Shown in pieces: positions 8,839-20,483 of a stretch of DNA of 64,000 nt. This DNA is from an uncultured Rickettsiales bacterium (GTDB taxonomy: Bacteria; Myxococcota_A; UBA796; UBA9615; CAYRNR01). The notes beneath the pieces are model-generated. The model had not been told where the DNA came from and searched no databases. It saw only the letters and a list, made by a program, of their open reading frames with translations. The first letter of the stretch is position 1, and each line of letters starts with the position of its first letter. A program made the position numbers and the translations under genes. The stretch spans positions 1,559 to 65,558 of the forward strand of contig CAYTBN010000026.1 in NCBI GenBank assembly GCA_964436045.1, written 5' to 3'.

Positions 8839-10073
8839 GCAAGCGCAGCCAACGAAAGAGCGGACGCATCGCGCTGGTTCTCGGCGGCGGGGGCATCACC
8901 GGGGGTGTGTACGAGATCGGCGCGCTGATGGCGCTGAACGACTACCTCGAGAACATCTCGATCAACGACTTCGACATGTACGTGGGGGTGAGCGCCGGCT
9001 CGCTGGTCGCCGCGCAGGTCTGCTCGGGACACACGCCCGGGGTGATGATGTCGGCGCTGGCGTCCCGGAGGGGGGGAGCCGTCCCGCCCTTCCTGCGGTC
9101 GGACGTCTACGGACTCAACCTCGAGGAGTGGGGCTTCCGGATGACCGCGCTGCCCCGGATCCTCGCACGGGGTGTGCTGCAGACCTTGACGCCGGGCGCC
9201 GAGATGAGCGTCTCGGACATGGTGTACAGCCTCACCGAGGTCGTACCCTCCGGCGTGCTCGACAACTCCCCGCTCGAGACCTACGCGAACCGCATGCTGG
9301 CGCTGCGCGGCATGGACGGCAGCTTCGAGGGGATGCCCCACGATCTGTACATACCGGCTCTGAACCTGGATACGGGCCACCTGGTCGTGTTCGGCGAGAC
9401 GGGGACCACCGATGTGAGCGTCGGACGCGCGGTGCGGGCGTCGTCGTCGATCCCCTTCGTCTTCCGGCCGACCCGCATCGCAGGCCAGGACTTCGTCGAC
9501 GGCGGCTTCGAACGCAACCTGCCGGTGGACGTGGCAGTCAAGCACGGGGCGGAACTGGTGTTCGCGCTCAACCCGCTGGTGCCCGTACTCAACGTCCCGG
9601 ACACACCTTCGTGGGCTCTGTTCGGCAAGCGCGCGCCCTACCTGGGCACCCGGGGTGGCGGCGCCGTGCTGGACCAGATCTACCGGACCCTGGTGCACAC
9701 ACGCATGCAGTACCGGCTCCGAGCCACCCAGGAACGGTTCCCCGAGGTGGACTACCTGCTGTTCGAGCCGGACGCCAACGACATGGTGATGTTCCGCTAC
9801 AACGTGATGCGATACTCGGCGCGCCTGATCATCGCGGAACACGCCTATCGCCGGACGCGCTCTGTCCTGGAGCGCAACCGGCAGCAATACGAGGAGATCC
9901 TGGGCCGCCACGGCATCAAGATCGTGGACCAGATGCCCGACCGGCCTGCCCGCATGCCCGCGGAGCGTGCCGGGCTGCTCGACCGGGTGATCGACGTGAT
10001 GGAGGAGGTCCCCATCATCCGTCGCTGGGCCTCGTCCGATGACAGCGACCCCGACACCTTGCTGGGACTGTAG
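8835..10073 (+). CDS. Patatin-like phospholipase
   Basis: Gly-rich oxyanion motif LVLGGGGITGG, nucleophile elbow GVSAGS and catalytic Asp in FVDGGF are present. TTG start overlapping the plsB stop (TTGA) indicates translational coupling. Confidence 0.8.
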   Translation: MSKRSQRKSGRIALVLGGGGITGGVYEIGALMALNDYLENISINDFDMYVGVSAGSLVAAQVCSGHTPGVMMSALASRRGGAVPPFLRSDVYGLNLEEWGFRMTALPRILARGVLQTLTPGAEMSVSDMVYSLTEVVPSGVLDNSPLETYANRMLALRGMDGSFEGMPHDLYIPALNLDTGHLVVFGETGTTDVSVGRAVRASSSIPFVFRPTRIAGQDFVDGGFERNLPVDVAVKHGAELVFALNPLVPVLNVPDTPSWALFGKRAPYLGTRGGGAVLDQIYRTLVHTRMQYRLRATQERFPEVDYLLFEPDANDMVMFRYNVMRYSARLIIAEHAYRRTRSVLERNRQQYEEILGRHGIKIVDQMPDRPARMPAERAGLLDRVIDVMEEVPIIRRWASSDDSDPDTLLGL

Positions 10074-10104
10074 CCGCGCGGCTTCGCGCGAGAAGGGAAC
10101 GACG

Positions 10105-12315
<2,211 letters not shown>

Positions 12316-12374
12316 GTGGCGGATGGCCACCCGCGCCGGATCCGGGGCGGGCGGCAGCCAGGAGGAAAGAAGCG

Positions 12375-13331
12375 ATGAGCGACACGAACGAGGGTGGAAC
12401 GAGGCAGCCGTCCGAGGCGACTGATCCGCCCGCGCCCGAGACTCTCGAGACCCAGGGTATCGGGGCGCAGCCGCGGTCCGATACCTGGCAGGCGGCCACC
12501 ACCAACGAGACCCCGCCGGTCCCGGACGATATCGACGCCCCACCTGCTGCCCAGGGGCTCGACGAGTTCCGGCGCAAGCGGTACAGCATCGAATTCGACG
12601 AACGGACCCTGATCTGGGCGATCGTCGCCGCGCTCTCGCTGCTGGTGATCGTCGAGGGAGTCTCGATCCTGCGTCTGCGAAGCCGGGTCAAGGACCTGGA
12701 GGGTGCGGCCAGCACGGGCACGCCGGCCAACGCGGTCCAGAATACCGGCGGCTCGATGTCGTGGGGCGACAGCGGCGACAGCGCCTGGGGTAAGGACACC
12801 ACCGACGGCGCGGACACCGACGGCGCGGGCACCACCGGGGCCGATCCCACCGAAACCGGCACGACCGGCGCGGGTCGGGGTGCGACGCCGACCACCGGCG
12901 GCTGGGGCACGGCGCCCCCGGGGGAGACCGGCGGCACCACCGAGCCCGGCGCCGACGCGGCCGGCGGCTCGACCGGCTGGGGCACCGCCACGGGCGCGGG
13001 CGGCAACCCGGAGGGCACCGTCGGGGCGATGGGGTCCGGCACTCTTCCCGCCGCCACCGCGGCCGCGGTGCAGGGCAGCGCGGTGATGAAGAGCCTCGAG
13101 GAGTTCATCGAGACCAACGCCATCGACACCGTCGTCGCCGACTCCCTGCGCAACGTGGTGGGGGAGAGCCTCGCGATCCTCCAGGACATCGACAACAAGG
13201 TCGCCGCGGGCCAGAACCCGGCCGACGCCGAGGTGATGAAGGCCAAGGAACACGACCGGGTCAAGGCGGCCGTCGTGACCCTGGTGGGCCCGGTGACCGG
13301 CGCCGCGCTCTGGGAAACGCTCTATCCCTGA
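12375..13331 (+). CDS. Hypothetical membrane protein with Gly/Thr-rich low-complexity linker
   Basis: ORF track 12171..13331. The internal ATG at 12375 has GGAGGAAAG 9 nt upstream, and the upstream 68 aa are Arg-rich junk. One TM helix (LIWAIVAALSLLVIVEGVSIL), then a (G/T/A)-rich tract, then a ~85 aa C-terminal domain. Confidence 0.5.
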   Translation: MSDTNEGGTRQPSEATDPPAPETLETQGIGAQPRSDTWQAATTNETPPVPDDIDAPPAAQGLDEFRRKRYSIEFDERTLIWAIVAALSLLVIVEGVSILRLRSRVKDLEGAASTGTPANAVQNTGGSMSWGDSGDSAWGKDTTDGADTDGAGTTGADPTETGTTGAGRGATPTTGGWGTAPPGETGGTTEPGADAAGGSTGWGTATGAGGNPEGTVGAMGSGTLPAATAAAVQGSAVMKSLEEFIETNAIDTVVADSLRNVVGESLAILQDIDNKVAAGQNPADAEVMKAKEHDRVKAAVVTLVGPVTGAALWETLYP

Positions 13332-13378
13332 GTCGTGGCTGGTTCCCGGCCGGGCCGATCCCTCGAGGAGGTGAGCCG

Positions 13379-13561
13379 ATGACCCGCGCGCTGATCCCCC
13401 TGGCCGAGGGCTTCGAGGAGACCGTGGTCCACGATGGCCGGGTGGTCACCAGCCGCGGACCCGGTACGGCGCTGCCCTTCGCGCTCACCCTCGCCCGCCT
13501 GCTGGTGGGCGAGGCCAGGGCCGCCGAGGTGGCCAGCGCGATGGTCACGACCCTGCCGTGA
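13379..13561 (+). pseudogene. DJ-1/PfpI (ThiJ/YajL-like) remnant with an internal in-frame deletion of the catalytic core
   Basis: The 60 aa ORF has GGAGG RBS. N-terminus 'MTRALIPLAEGFEETVV' equals the DJ-1 N-terminal strand. C-terminus 'DGRVVTSRGPGTALPFALTLARLLVGEARAAEVASAMV' equals the DJ-1 C-terminus (cf. YajL …vvTSqGPGTaidFgLkiidLLvGrekAhEVAsqLV). About 120 aa including the nucleophile-elbow Cys are missing. Confidence 0.5.
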
Positions 13562-14610
13562 CCCCGATCACCGTCTGGTTGACGCTCCTCCTGGCCGGCC
13601 CCGCCACGACCGCCGCGCCCCCGAACGCCTGTCCGGCGGGGAGCTGGGAGCAGTTCGCCCGGGAGGGGGGCGGTCCGGACAACGACTTCGTCAACGCAGT
13701 GGTCTTCGACGACGCGGGCCGGGGTTACTTCGGCACCGGGGACATCCACCCGCCGGAGACCCACGGGGGCGGGCTGTCGATCCGGCAGCCGGACGGCGAG
13801 TGGATACGTTTCCGGATGGAGGACGGCGGCCTGGCGAGCAACAGCGTCTATTCGCTGGCGGTATCCGAGGGGGGGCTGCTGGTGGGCTCGCTGGCCGGGG
13901 TCGACCGGCTCGAACTGGCTGCCGACCCGCGGGACCCGGATCCCCGCTGGACCGCCCTGCCCCGCAAGCCGGTCGGGGCCTTCGCGCTGGCGGACGTGGT
14001 CGACATCGCGGTCGAGGGGGGTGGCCGCGCCTGGTTCGCCACCACCTACGGCCTGTTCGTGGCCCAGAACGGTGGCTGGCAGCGGTTCGGGACGTCGGCC
14101 GCGGACGACGGGCTGCACTCCCGGTTCATCACCGCGCTGGCCCTGGCACCGGGGGGCGAGCTCTGGGTGGGGACCCAGGGTAAGGGCGTGGCCGTGCGCG
14201 GAACCGACGGGCACTGGACCCACCACCGGAGCGCCGACGGCGGGCTGGGCAACGATTATGTCCATGACATCGCCTTCGATCAGCACGGGCGGGCCTGGGT
14301 CGGGACCGGGATCGGGGTGTCCGTGTTCGACGGGAATGGCTGGACCGTCAGGACACCTGCCGACAGTGCGCTGCCCGACGCGGACGTACGGGCCGTCGCC
14401 GTGGACGGCCGGGGCTGGGTCTGGCTGGGCACACACCAGGGGATCGCCGTGGTCGACGGGGAGCGCTGGAGCGTCTGCACTCCGGACGGAGCCCCGGGAG
14501 CCGGACCCGGCCACCCGCTGATCGTGGCCGCCGCCCCCGCCCCGGATGGCTCGATGTGGTTCGGGAGCTACGGCGGCGGTGTCTTCGTCTGGCGGCCGGA
14601 GGGGCCGTGA
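13558..14610 (+). CDS. Secreted beta-propeller protein with two-component-regulator-propeller (Reg_prop-like) repeats
   Basis: GTG start overlaps the previous stop (GTGA). It has a signal peptide (MTPITVWLTLLLAGPATTAA). Repeats resemble Reg_prop: GLASNSVYSLAVSEGGLLVGS…, GLGNDYVHDIAFDQHGRAWVGTGIGVSVFDGNGW, ADVRAVAVDGRGWVWLGTHQGIAVVDGERW. Confidence 0.6.
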   Translation: MTPITVWLTLLLAGPATTAAPPNACPAGSWEQFAREGGGPDNDFVNAVVFDDAGRGYFGTGDIHPPETHGGGLSIRQPDGEWIRFRMEDGGLASNSVYSLAVSEGGLLVGSLAGVDRLELAADPRDPDPRWTALPRKPVGAFALADVVDIAVEGGGRAWFATTYGLFVAQNGGWQRFGTSAADDGLHSRFITALALAPGGELWVGTQGKGVAVRGTDGHWTHHRSADGGLGNDYVHDIAFDQHGRAWVGTGIGVSVFDGNGWTVRTPADSALPDADVRAVAVDGRGWVWLGTHQGIAVVDGERWSVCTPDGAPGAGPGHPLIVAAAPAPDGSMWFGSYGGGVFVWRPEGP

Positions 14611-16028
14611 GCCGGCGACGACGGCTCCTGGTCCTGGCTGCCATCCTCGGGGTGGTCGCGCTGGCGGCCTCGTATACCGCGTTGCGGACACCCCCGACCG
14701 GCCCGCCCTCGATGGTGCTGATCCTGGTGGACACCCTGCGGGCGGACCGGGTGGGGCCGGCGGCTTCCGGCGAGAGCCTGACCCCTAACCTGGACGACCT
14801 GGCCCGGGGTGGGCTGCGCTTCGAGCGCGCCTACGCGCCTTCGTCGTGGACCCTTCCCTCGGTCACCTCGATGCTGACCGGCCAGATGCCCTCGGAACAC
14901 GGCGTCCGCTCGTGGGTCCACGCCGGCGTCCCCGCCTCCTCCCCGTACCTCCCCGAGCTGCTGGCCGACCAGGGCTACGTCACCACGGCGGTGATGGGCA
15001 ACGCCAACCTGGGACAGGCCGGCTTCGGCCGGGGCTTCGATCTTTTTGTCGAGGCCCGTACCGAACCCAAGCTGGCCCGCAGCGGGATCCCCCTCTATCC
15101 GTCGGCCGAGGACATGACCGATCTGGCCATCGAGGTCCTCGATCAGGTCCAGGAGAGCCGTTTCTTCCTCTACGTCCACTACATGGACCCCCACGCCCCC
15201 TACCTGCTACCCCGGGGAGCCGACGATCCCTTCGCCGGCTCGGACTACCAGGGGTACGTGGTCACCCACCTCGAGCAGGTGTTGCCGCTGGTGGGTCGCC
15301 GGTACACCCGGGTCTACCCCTACTTCTGGTCCAAGGTCCGCACCGGAGTCGAGGCGGACCGGAGCCGCGTCCGCCAGCTGTACGACGAGAAGGTGCGCTA
15401 CACCGATCGCCACCTGGGCCGACTCCTGGACCACCTGGATACCCTGGGGTTGGCCGACAGCACACTCGTCGTCGTCACCTCCGACCACGGCGAGGGGCTG
15501 TTCGATCACGGCATCCGTGAACACGAGGAGGTGCCCTACGAGCACCAGGTGCGCGTGCCGCTGATCGCCCGAGGTCCGGATCTGGACATCGGCGCGGTGG
15601 TCCAGATGGCGGTCGAGCAGGTCGATCTCACCGCCGCACTGACCAGCATCGCGGCGGGGAACGACGTCGAGGGGGCAGACGATCTTGCGGGGGGGAACGG
15701 GGCGCTCGTCGAGGTGTTGACCGGCCAGGTCCAGTCCCGCAAGAGCGGCGAGGTCGTGTCCGAGGTCTACGTCGCCGATCGGGACGAGCACCTCCAGATG
15801 GCGCTGTCCGAGGGTCAGAAGCTGATCCGGTCCAAGGACCGCTCGCTGATGTTCGATCTGGGACACGACCCGGCCGAACTCGACGACCTGTCCGACGACC
15901 GCGACAGCGGCCACCTCGGAACGCTGATCGACGCGAGGATCGGTCCCCTGCCAACGGGCGCCGCGCGGGCCGAGATCACGGACCCCGAGCTGCTCGAGCG
16001 ACTCCGCGCGCTGGGCTACGTCGACTGA
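14607..16028 (+). CDS. Sulfatase-like hydrolase/transferase (alkaline phosphatase superfamily), N-terminal TM anchor
   Basis: ORF track 14556..16028; I prefer the GTG at 14607 (GTGA overlap with the upstream stop, the same pattern as 13558). Motifs LILVDTLRADR and VVTSDHGE are present. No C/S-x-P-x-R formylglycine motif was seen, so it is more like the LtaS/EptA-type branch. Confidence 0.7.
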   Translation: MSRRRRLLVLAAILGVVALAASYTALRTPPTGPPSMVLILVDTLRADRVGPAASGESLTPNLDDLARGGLRFERAYAPSSWTLPSVTSMLTGQMPSEHGVRSWVHAGVPASSPYLPELLADQGYVTTAVMGNANLGQAGFGRGFDLFVEARTEPKLARSGIPLYPSAEDMTDLAIEVLDQVQESRFFLYVHYMDPHAPYLLPRGADDPFAGSDYQGYVVTHLEQVLPLVGRRYTRVYPYFWSKVRTGVEADRSRVRQLYDEKVRYTDRHLGRLLDHLDTLGLADSTLVVVTSDHGEGLFDHGIREHEEVPYEHQVRVPLIARGPDLDIGAVVQMAVEQVDLTAALTSIAAGNDVEGADDLAGGNGALVEVLTGQVQSRKSGEVVSEVYVADRDEHLQMALSEGQKLIRSKDRSLMFDLGHDPAELDDLSDDRDSGHLGTLIDARIGPLPTGAARAEITDPELLERLRALGYVD

Positions 16029-16114
16029 GTCGGCGGGCCTGGAGGACCGCCGCCCTGGTATTGGGTATCCTAGGGCGTCGTGCCGTACGTCGACACTGCG
16101 AAGGAAAGCGCCGG

Positions 16115-17090
16115 ATGACCGACGTCCCGCTACCGGACACCATGCCCTGCTCCATACCGGCCCGGCTCACCGCCGGTGACGTGGTTTGCCGCGTCACGGT
16201 GACCCGCCTGGGCGGCGCGTGGGCCCGGATCTCCCTGGCCACACCCCTCGATCCCGGGCTGCCGGCGATCCTGGAGATCGACCGGCCGACGGATGGCGAG
16301 CGGGCGTGGATCCGGACCCGAGTCGAGCGTGTCCACTCGGAGGGCACGGCCCGGGGTTGGAAACGTTCGGTGGACCTGGCGCTGCTCGAGTTCGTCGATC
16401 GGGCCGCCCTCGCCTCGGTCGGGGCTCCAGACCTGCACGACGGGCCCGATACCTTCGACCACGAGTCCGTCTCCATCGAGGTGTTCAGCTACTCGATGGA
16501 GGACTCGGCCGACAAGATCTCGCCCGAGGACGGAACCCCCGACCAGCCGCCACGGCTCCCGTATGGAGCGCGCGCGCGCCATCGCCCGCGGCGCGTTCGC
16601 CCTGACGCCCACCGATGGCGAACCGGGACCGAAGCGCAGCCTGTCGCTGCCGGCCGCATACCGGCCCACGCTGGCGCGCCGCGAGGAGGCGGTCACCCCG
16701 TGGGGGGAGGCGCAAACCCCCCTGCGGACGTTCGAGAAGCGCGAGACGCGGATCATGAGCAACTCGCCGGTCGCCTACCTGATCTAGGGTCGTCACCGCA
16801 GCGGGGTGGTGCAGGATTTCAGTCGGCACGGGATGTACCTGGCGATCCCCGAGGACACGCCGCTGCCGCTGGCGGGTGCGACCGTCCGGATCGAGTTCCC
16901 CGTACCCACGAGGCACTCGGTGATGCTGGTCGGCCTGATGGCGGAGGTTCGCTGGGTCCACGGAGGCGGCCAGCAGTCCACCCCTGGGCGGGGCGCGGGT
17001 CTGCAAATCCTCACCTTCGACGCTGCCATGGGCCGCGAGGCCTACGAACACTATGTGGACGATCTGCTGGCCGAGCGCGATCGGACGTGA
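16115..17090 (+). pseudogene. PilZ-like (c-di-GMP receptor type) gene, apparently disrupted by a -1 frameshift (~16536-16540, C5 run) and an in-frame TAG (16785-16787)
   Basis: ATG at 16115 (aaggaaag RBS). Frame 2 is protein-like up to 'ISPEDGTP' and then becomes low-complexity. Frame 0 is protein-like from 'MERARAIARGAF…' onward and ends 'FEKRETRIMSNSPVAYLI*'. 24 aa after the KRETR motif, the same frame continues 'VVQDFSRHGMYLAIPEDT…VRIEFPV…' (the DxSxxG half of a PilZ domain, ORF 16806..17090). It could alternatively be two genes plus sequencing errors. Confidence 0.4.
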
Positions 17091-17289
17091 CCCGCGCCCT
17101 CGGTCCGCTCCTCGCCGCCTCCTCCCTGCTCGTAGCCGCCCTGACCTCCCCTGTGACGGCGACCGCCAGCGGACGCTGCGCGGGGCCGGCGAGACCTACT
17201 TCCGGCTCGAGGGGATCTGACGGTCGCCGCAGGACGGAACTCAACAGCCCCGGACTTGCTTGGTATCCTGGAACCCGTCGGAGGTCGAC

Positions 17290-17841
17290 ATGCGCCGGAC
17301 CGCAGTCGCCATCACGCTCGCCGTCGCCCTTGTCTCGATCGCAGTGATCGCGCTGTCGCTGCTGGTGGTCCCACCCGCGTATCGCTGGGCCCGCGCGCGC
17401 GCCGACGCAGTCGCCGTGGTCGAACCCCTCTCCTTGGGCGGGGCATCCGCCCTGCGCTCCACGGTCCGGATGCAACGCCCCCGGCCCAAGCGCTGCCTGA
17501 CCCCCACGGCCGTGGACCTCGATGGCGAGGAGATGGCGATGGCCCAGGTCGGCGATGGGCTCGATGGTGCCCAGATCTCGGCGGCGGTGCAGCCCTTTCA
17601 CTCCTTGCTGGCCAACTGCCAGCCCGTGGACGGGGACGACCACTCGGGCACCGTGGTCTTCGGGATCCAGGTCGGCTGCAACGGCGTCGTCCAGGGGGTC
17701 GAGCTGGTGGACGACGAGCTCTACGAGCCCGAGATGATCGACTGCCTGAGCGAGCGGCTGGCCTACGTGGAGTTCCCGGCCCATGACCTGGCGGACGGGA
17801 TGTACTTCGAGTACCCGTTGATCTTCCATCCCCCCGGATAG
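17290..17841 (+). CDS. Signal-anchored protein with TonB-C-like / AgmX-PglI-type C-terminal domain (tentative)
   Basis: ORF track 17260..17841; I prefer the ATG at 17290 (GGAGG 5 nt upstream). It has an N-terminal TM (AVAITLAVALVSIAVIALSLLVV). The C-terminal ~90 aa (…GTVVFGIQVGCNGVVQGVELV…CLSERLAYVEFPAHDLADGMYFEYPLIF) resembles the small TonB-C-like domains common at Myxococcales protein C-termini. Confidence 0.55.
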   Translation: MRRTAVAITLAVALVSIAVIALSLLVVPPAYRWARARADAVAVVEPLSLGGASALRSTVRMQRPRPKRCLTPTAVDLDGEEMAMAQVGDGLDGAQISAAVQPFHSLLANCQPVDGDDHSGTVVFGIQVGCNGVVQGVELVDDELYEPEMIDCLSERLAYVEFPAHDLADGMYFEYPLIFHPPG

Positions 17842-17921
17842 CCCGTCCTCCGCTTGCCCACAGGGCCGCGATCGCGTATGCGGAAGGGCGCGGGTGCGTC
17901 GAGCATCCGGAGGGAGGAACG

Positions 17922-18530
17922 ATGGAGTTCCGTACGCCCATCAGCGGCATCCGACCCAACCCGGCGGGCGACTGGCCGAACATCGACGACACCGCGTTCG
18001 TCGATCCCAGCGCCCAGATCATGGGCAACGTGTACATCGGCCCAGGGGTCTACGTCGGCCCGCAGGCGGTGATTCGCGCGGACGAACTGACCGAAGACGG
18101 CGACGTCGAGCCCGTCGTGATCCACCAGGGCGCCTTCATCCAGGACGGGGTGATCATCCACGCCCGCGCCGGATCGCGGGTGACCGTCGGCTGCCGCTCC
18201 AACATCGCCCACGGGGTGATCATCCACGGTCCGTGCTCCATCGGCGAGGAGTGCTTCATCGCGTTGCGGGCCTCGATCTACAACTCGGACCTGGAGGAGA
18301 AGGTCTGGGTCGGCATCGGCGCGATCGTGATGCGCGCCACGGTGCCGTCCCACACCATGATCCCCGCCGGGGCGATGGTCCGCTCGGGCGCCGACATCCA
18401 GCACTTCCGGCTGATGACCCACAACGAACAGGCCTACAAGGACAGTGTCATCGAGGCCAGCGCTGCTCTGCGCGATGGTTATCTGGCGCTGTACCGCGAC
18501 GGGCTTCCCCAGCGGAACGGGAGCGAGTAG
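17922..18530 (+). CDS. Gamma-carbonic-anhydrase-like left-handed beta-helix (hexapeptide repeat) protein
   Basis: GGAGGAACG RBS. Sequence 'IDDTAFVDPSAQIMGNVYIGPGVYVGPQAVIRAD…VIHQGAFIQDGVIIHA…' is typical of the gamma-CA / PaaY / YrdA family. Confidence 0.75.
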   Translation: MEFRTPISGIRPNPAGDWPNIDDTAFVDPSAQIMGNVYIGPGVYVGPQAVIRADELTEDGDVEPVVIHQGAFIQDGVIIHARAGSRVTVGCRSNIAHGVIIHGPCSIGEECFIALRASIYNSDLEEKVWVGIGAIVMRATVPSHTMIPAGAMVRSGADIQHFRLMTHNEQAYKDSVIEASAALRDGYLALYRDGLPQRNGSE

Positions 18531-18578
18531 GCTGCCCCCCGGCCTGGACCCCGACCCCGAATCCGGAGGCGATCCCCG

Positions 18579-19768
18579 ATGCACAAGTTCCTCACCTGCG
18601 CGGCCCTGACCGCATTGATTCTCCCGAGCCCGGCCCGGGCCAAGAGCCTGGACAAGCTCTCCTGCGAAGAGCTGGTCGAGATCATGACCCCGCGTCGGAT
18701 GACGACGACCGCGCCGACGACGCCGAGGTACTCGGCGAGAAGAGTTGCGAGGGCGCAGTCGACGCCCTGGCCGCCACCTGCTCGGCCGACACGGACCAGG
18801 AGGTTTGCAACACCGCCGTGTCTGCCCTGGCCGATATCGGCACCCCCGAGGCGCTGGACAAGCTGGTGGTCATCCTCGAGAACGGCGACCTGGAGGACGG
18901 CGGCCGCAAGAAGGCCCTGAACAAGCTGCTGGACGCCGATCCCTCCCGGGCCGACGGCGCCATCCCGGGTGTGCTGGGTACCTATCGGAAGCTGCAGCCC
19001 CCGTTCACCAATCGGCTGCTCGATACGCTGGTGTCGCGCGACCTGCGGGACTTCGCCGACCTCACGATCCTGGTGGCCAGCGACCGCACCCTGAAGACCA
19101 AGGTCCGCAAGAACGCGCTCAAGGCCGCCGAGGAGCTGAACCATCCCCTGCTCCACGACGCGTACATCTCGCTCCTGGACGACAGCGACAAGAAGCTGCG
19201 GATCGCCGCCTGTCAGGGGCTGAGCCGCACCGGGTTGCCCAGCGGCGTGGTGGCCCCGGCTCTGGAGCAGGTGGTACGCAGCGACGAGAAGGGTGACGTG
19301 CGCACCGCGGCTCTCAAGTCGCTGAAGTTCCACGCCCACGCCGGCTTGCTGCCGCTGATCCACTCCGAAGTGCTGACCGAGATGCACCCCATCGCCTGGG
19401 GGCACTCGGTCGACCTGCTGATCGCGCTGGCCGACGCCAGCTCGGTGGACACGATCCACCAGGTGCTGCTGCGGGACGACAACCTGCCTGACGACGGCGT
19501 GATCGCCTTGATTCACCTGCTGGTGCGTATCGGCGATCCCTCGTCGATCCACGCCCTGCGCTCCCTGGAGGCGCGGGCCACCGGAACCGTCGATTCCGAA
19601 GCGGTGATCGCACGCAAGTACCTGGAGAGCGAGGCTGCGGCGGGTGCGGGCAGCTACACGCCGCCGGCCACCGCGGTGATCCTCTGGGACGGCACCACCC
19701 CCGACGACCTGCCCGTGCTCAGCGTGCAGCTGGATGCGAACGGGGTCGCCGTCTGGATCCAGGAGTAG
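18579..19768 (+). CDS. Secreted HEAT/PBS-lyase-repeat protein with an apparent +1/-1 frameshift at a C4 run (18688-18691)
   Basis: ATG at 18579 with GGAGG 9 nt upstream, and signal peptide MHKFLTCAALTALILPSPARA. Frame 0 reads '…SCEELVEIMTP'. With one extra C it continues as '…ASDDDDRADDAEVLGEKSCEGAVDALAATCSADTDQEVCNTAVSALADIG…', the HEAT-repeat body listed as the tail of ORF 17894..19768. Confidence 0.6.
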
Positions 19769-19982
19769 CCGCCCCCCCAGCCCGGCGGCGCTCGACCCGC
19801 AACGCCACGGCGTTCCACACGACCCAGCCCAGCAGGGCCAGGGTGATCCCGGGCCAGATCAGGAAGAAGATCAGCGCGTTGGAGTCCCGGTAGGTCACGT
19901 CGAGCAGGTCGGCCAGGTGGATGACGAAGGTCACACACTGCTCGTAGAGCCAGGTACCGGCCAGCAGCAGGGTGCGGCTCAT
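19719..19982 (-). CDS. Small membrane protein, hypothetical (ATGA-coupled to upstream small membrane protein gene)
   Basis: The internal ATG of ORF 19719..20381 at 19982 overlaps the stop of 19979..20356. The product 'MSRTLLLAGTWLYEQCVTFVIHLADLLDVTYRDSNALIFFLIWPGITLALLGWVVWNAVAL…' has 2 TM helices. Confidence 0.4.
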   Translation of the reverse strand: MSRTLLLAGTWLYEQCVTFVIHLADLLDVTYRDSNALIFFLIWPGITLALLGWVVWNAVALRVERRRAGGAATPGSRRRPRSHPAAR

Positions 19983-20356
19983 CCCTCCCTCCGCAGCCGT
20001 CGCAGCCGGATCCGCTGGGCCAGGGCAACGGCGAGCAGCGCCCACATCAGCCCGGGCCAGACCGCGCAGAACAGGACGAGGTTGGCGAGGCCATAGCCGA
20101 CGTCGACCTCCAGGCCGGTGGCCCGGCCGGCCTCGAACAGGGCCAGGATCGTCGCGCCGTACAGCCCCTCGTCGGAGGCCAGCAGATCGGGCAGCCACGG
20201 ATCGTGGGGGCAACCCCGGTCGTGACAGCGGCGGGTGCACCGTTCGGAGTCGTGTGACCACGCCGGCTCGCCCATCCAGGCGTTGGTGGCGAACAGGGTG
20301 GCCCACGGCACGACCGCCGCCAGGATCAGGACCACGATGGCGCGCCGCCAGGTCAC
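19979..20356 (-). CDS. Small membrane protein with Cys/His cluster (CTRRCHDRGCPHD), hypothetical
   Basis: 125 aa, GTG start with GGGAGG upstream, and three predicted TM segments. Confidence 0.45.
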   Translation of the reverse strand: MTWRRAIVVLILAAVVPWATLFATNAWMGEPAWSHDSERCTRRCHDRGCPHDPWLPDLLASDEGLYGATILALFEAGRATGLEVDVGYGLANLVLFCAVWPGLMWALLAVALAQRIRLRRLRREG

Positions 20357-20483
20357 GGGGCCTCCCCGAGCGACGGGTCACGCCGCCCCTGGTTCAACCC
20401 TACACGCCGGTCTCTGTTCCAGGGGGTGGCCAGCGAGCCGATCCGGTCCGATACAATGCCTCGTCCACGCGGAGGTTTCCGGC

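Noticed and set aside
17087-17289. GTGA-coupled ORF giving a signal-peptide-like 'VTRALGPLLAASSLLVAALTSPVTATASG…'
   Set aside because: It runs into Arg/Ser/Pro low-complexity and into the next gene's frame without its own stop before 17347. The downstream gene has its own strong RBS and start at 17290. It is possibly another frameshifted N-terminus, but unsupported.
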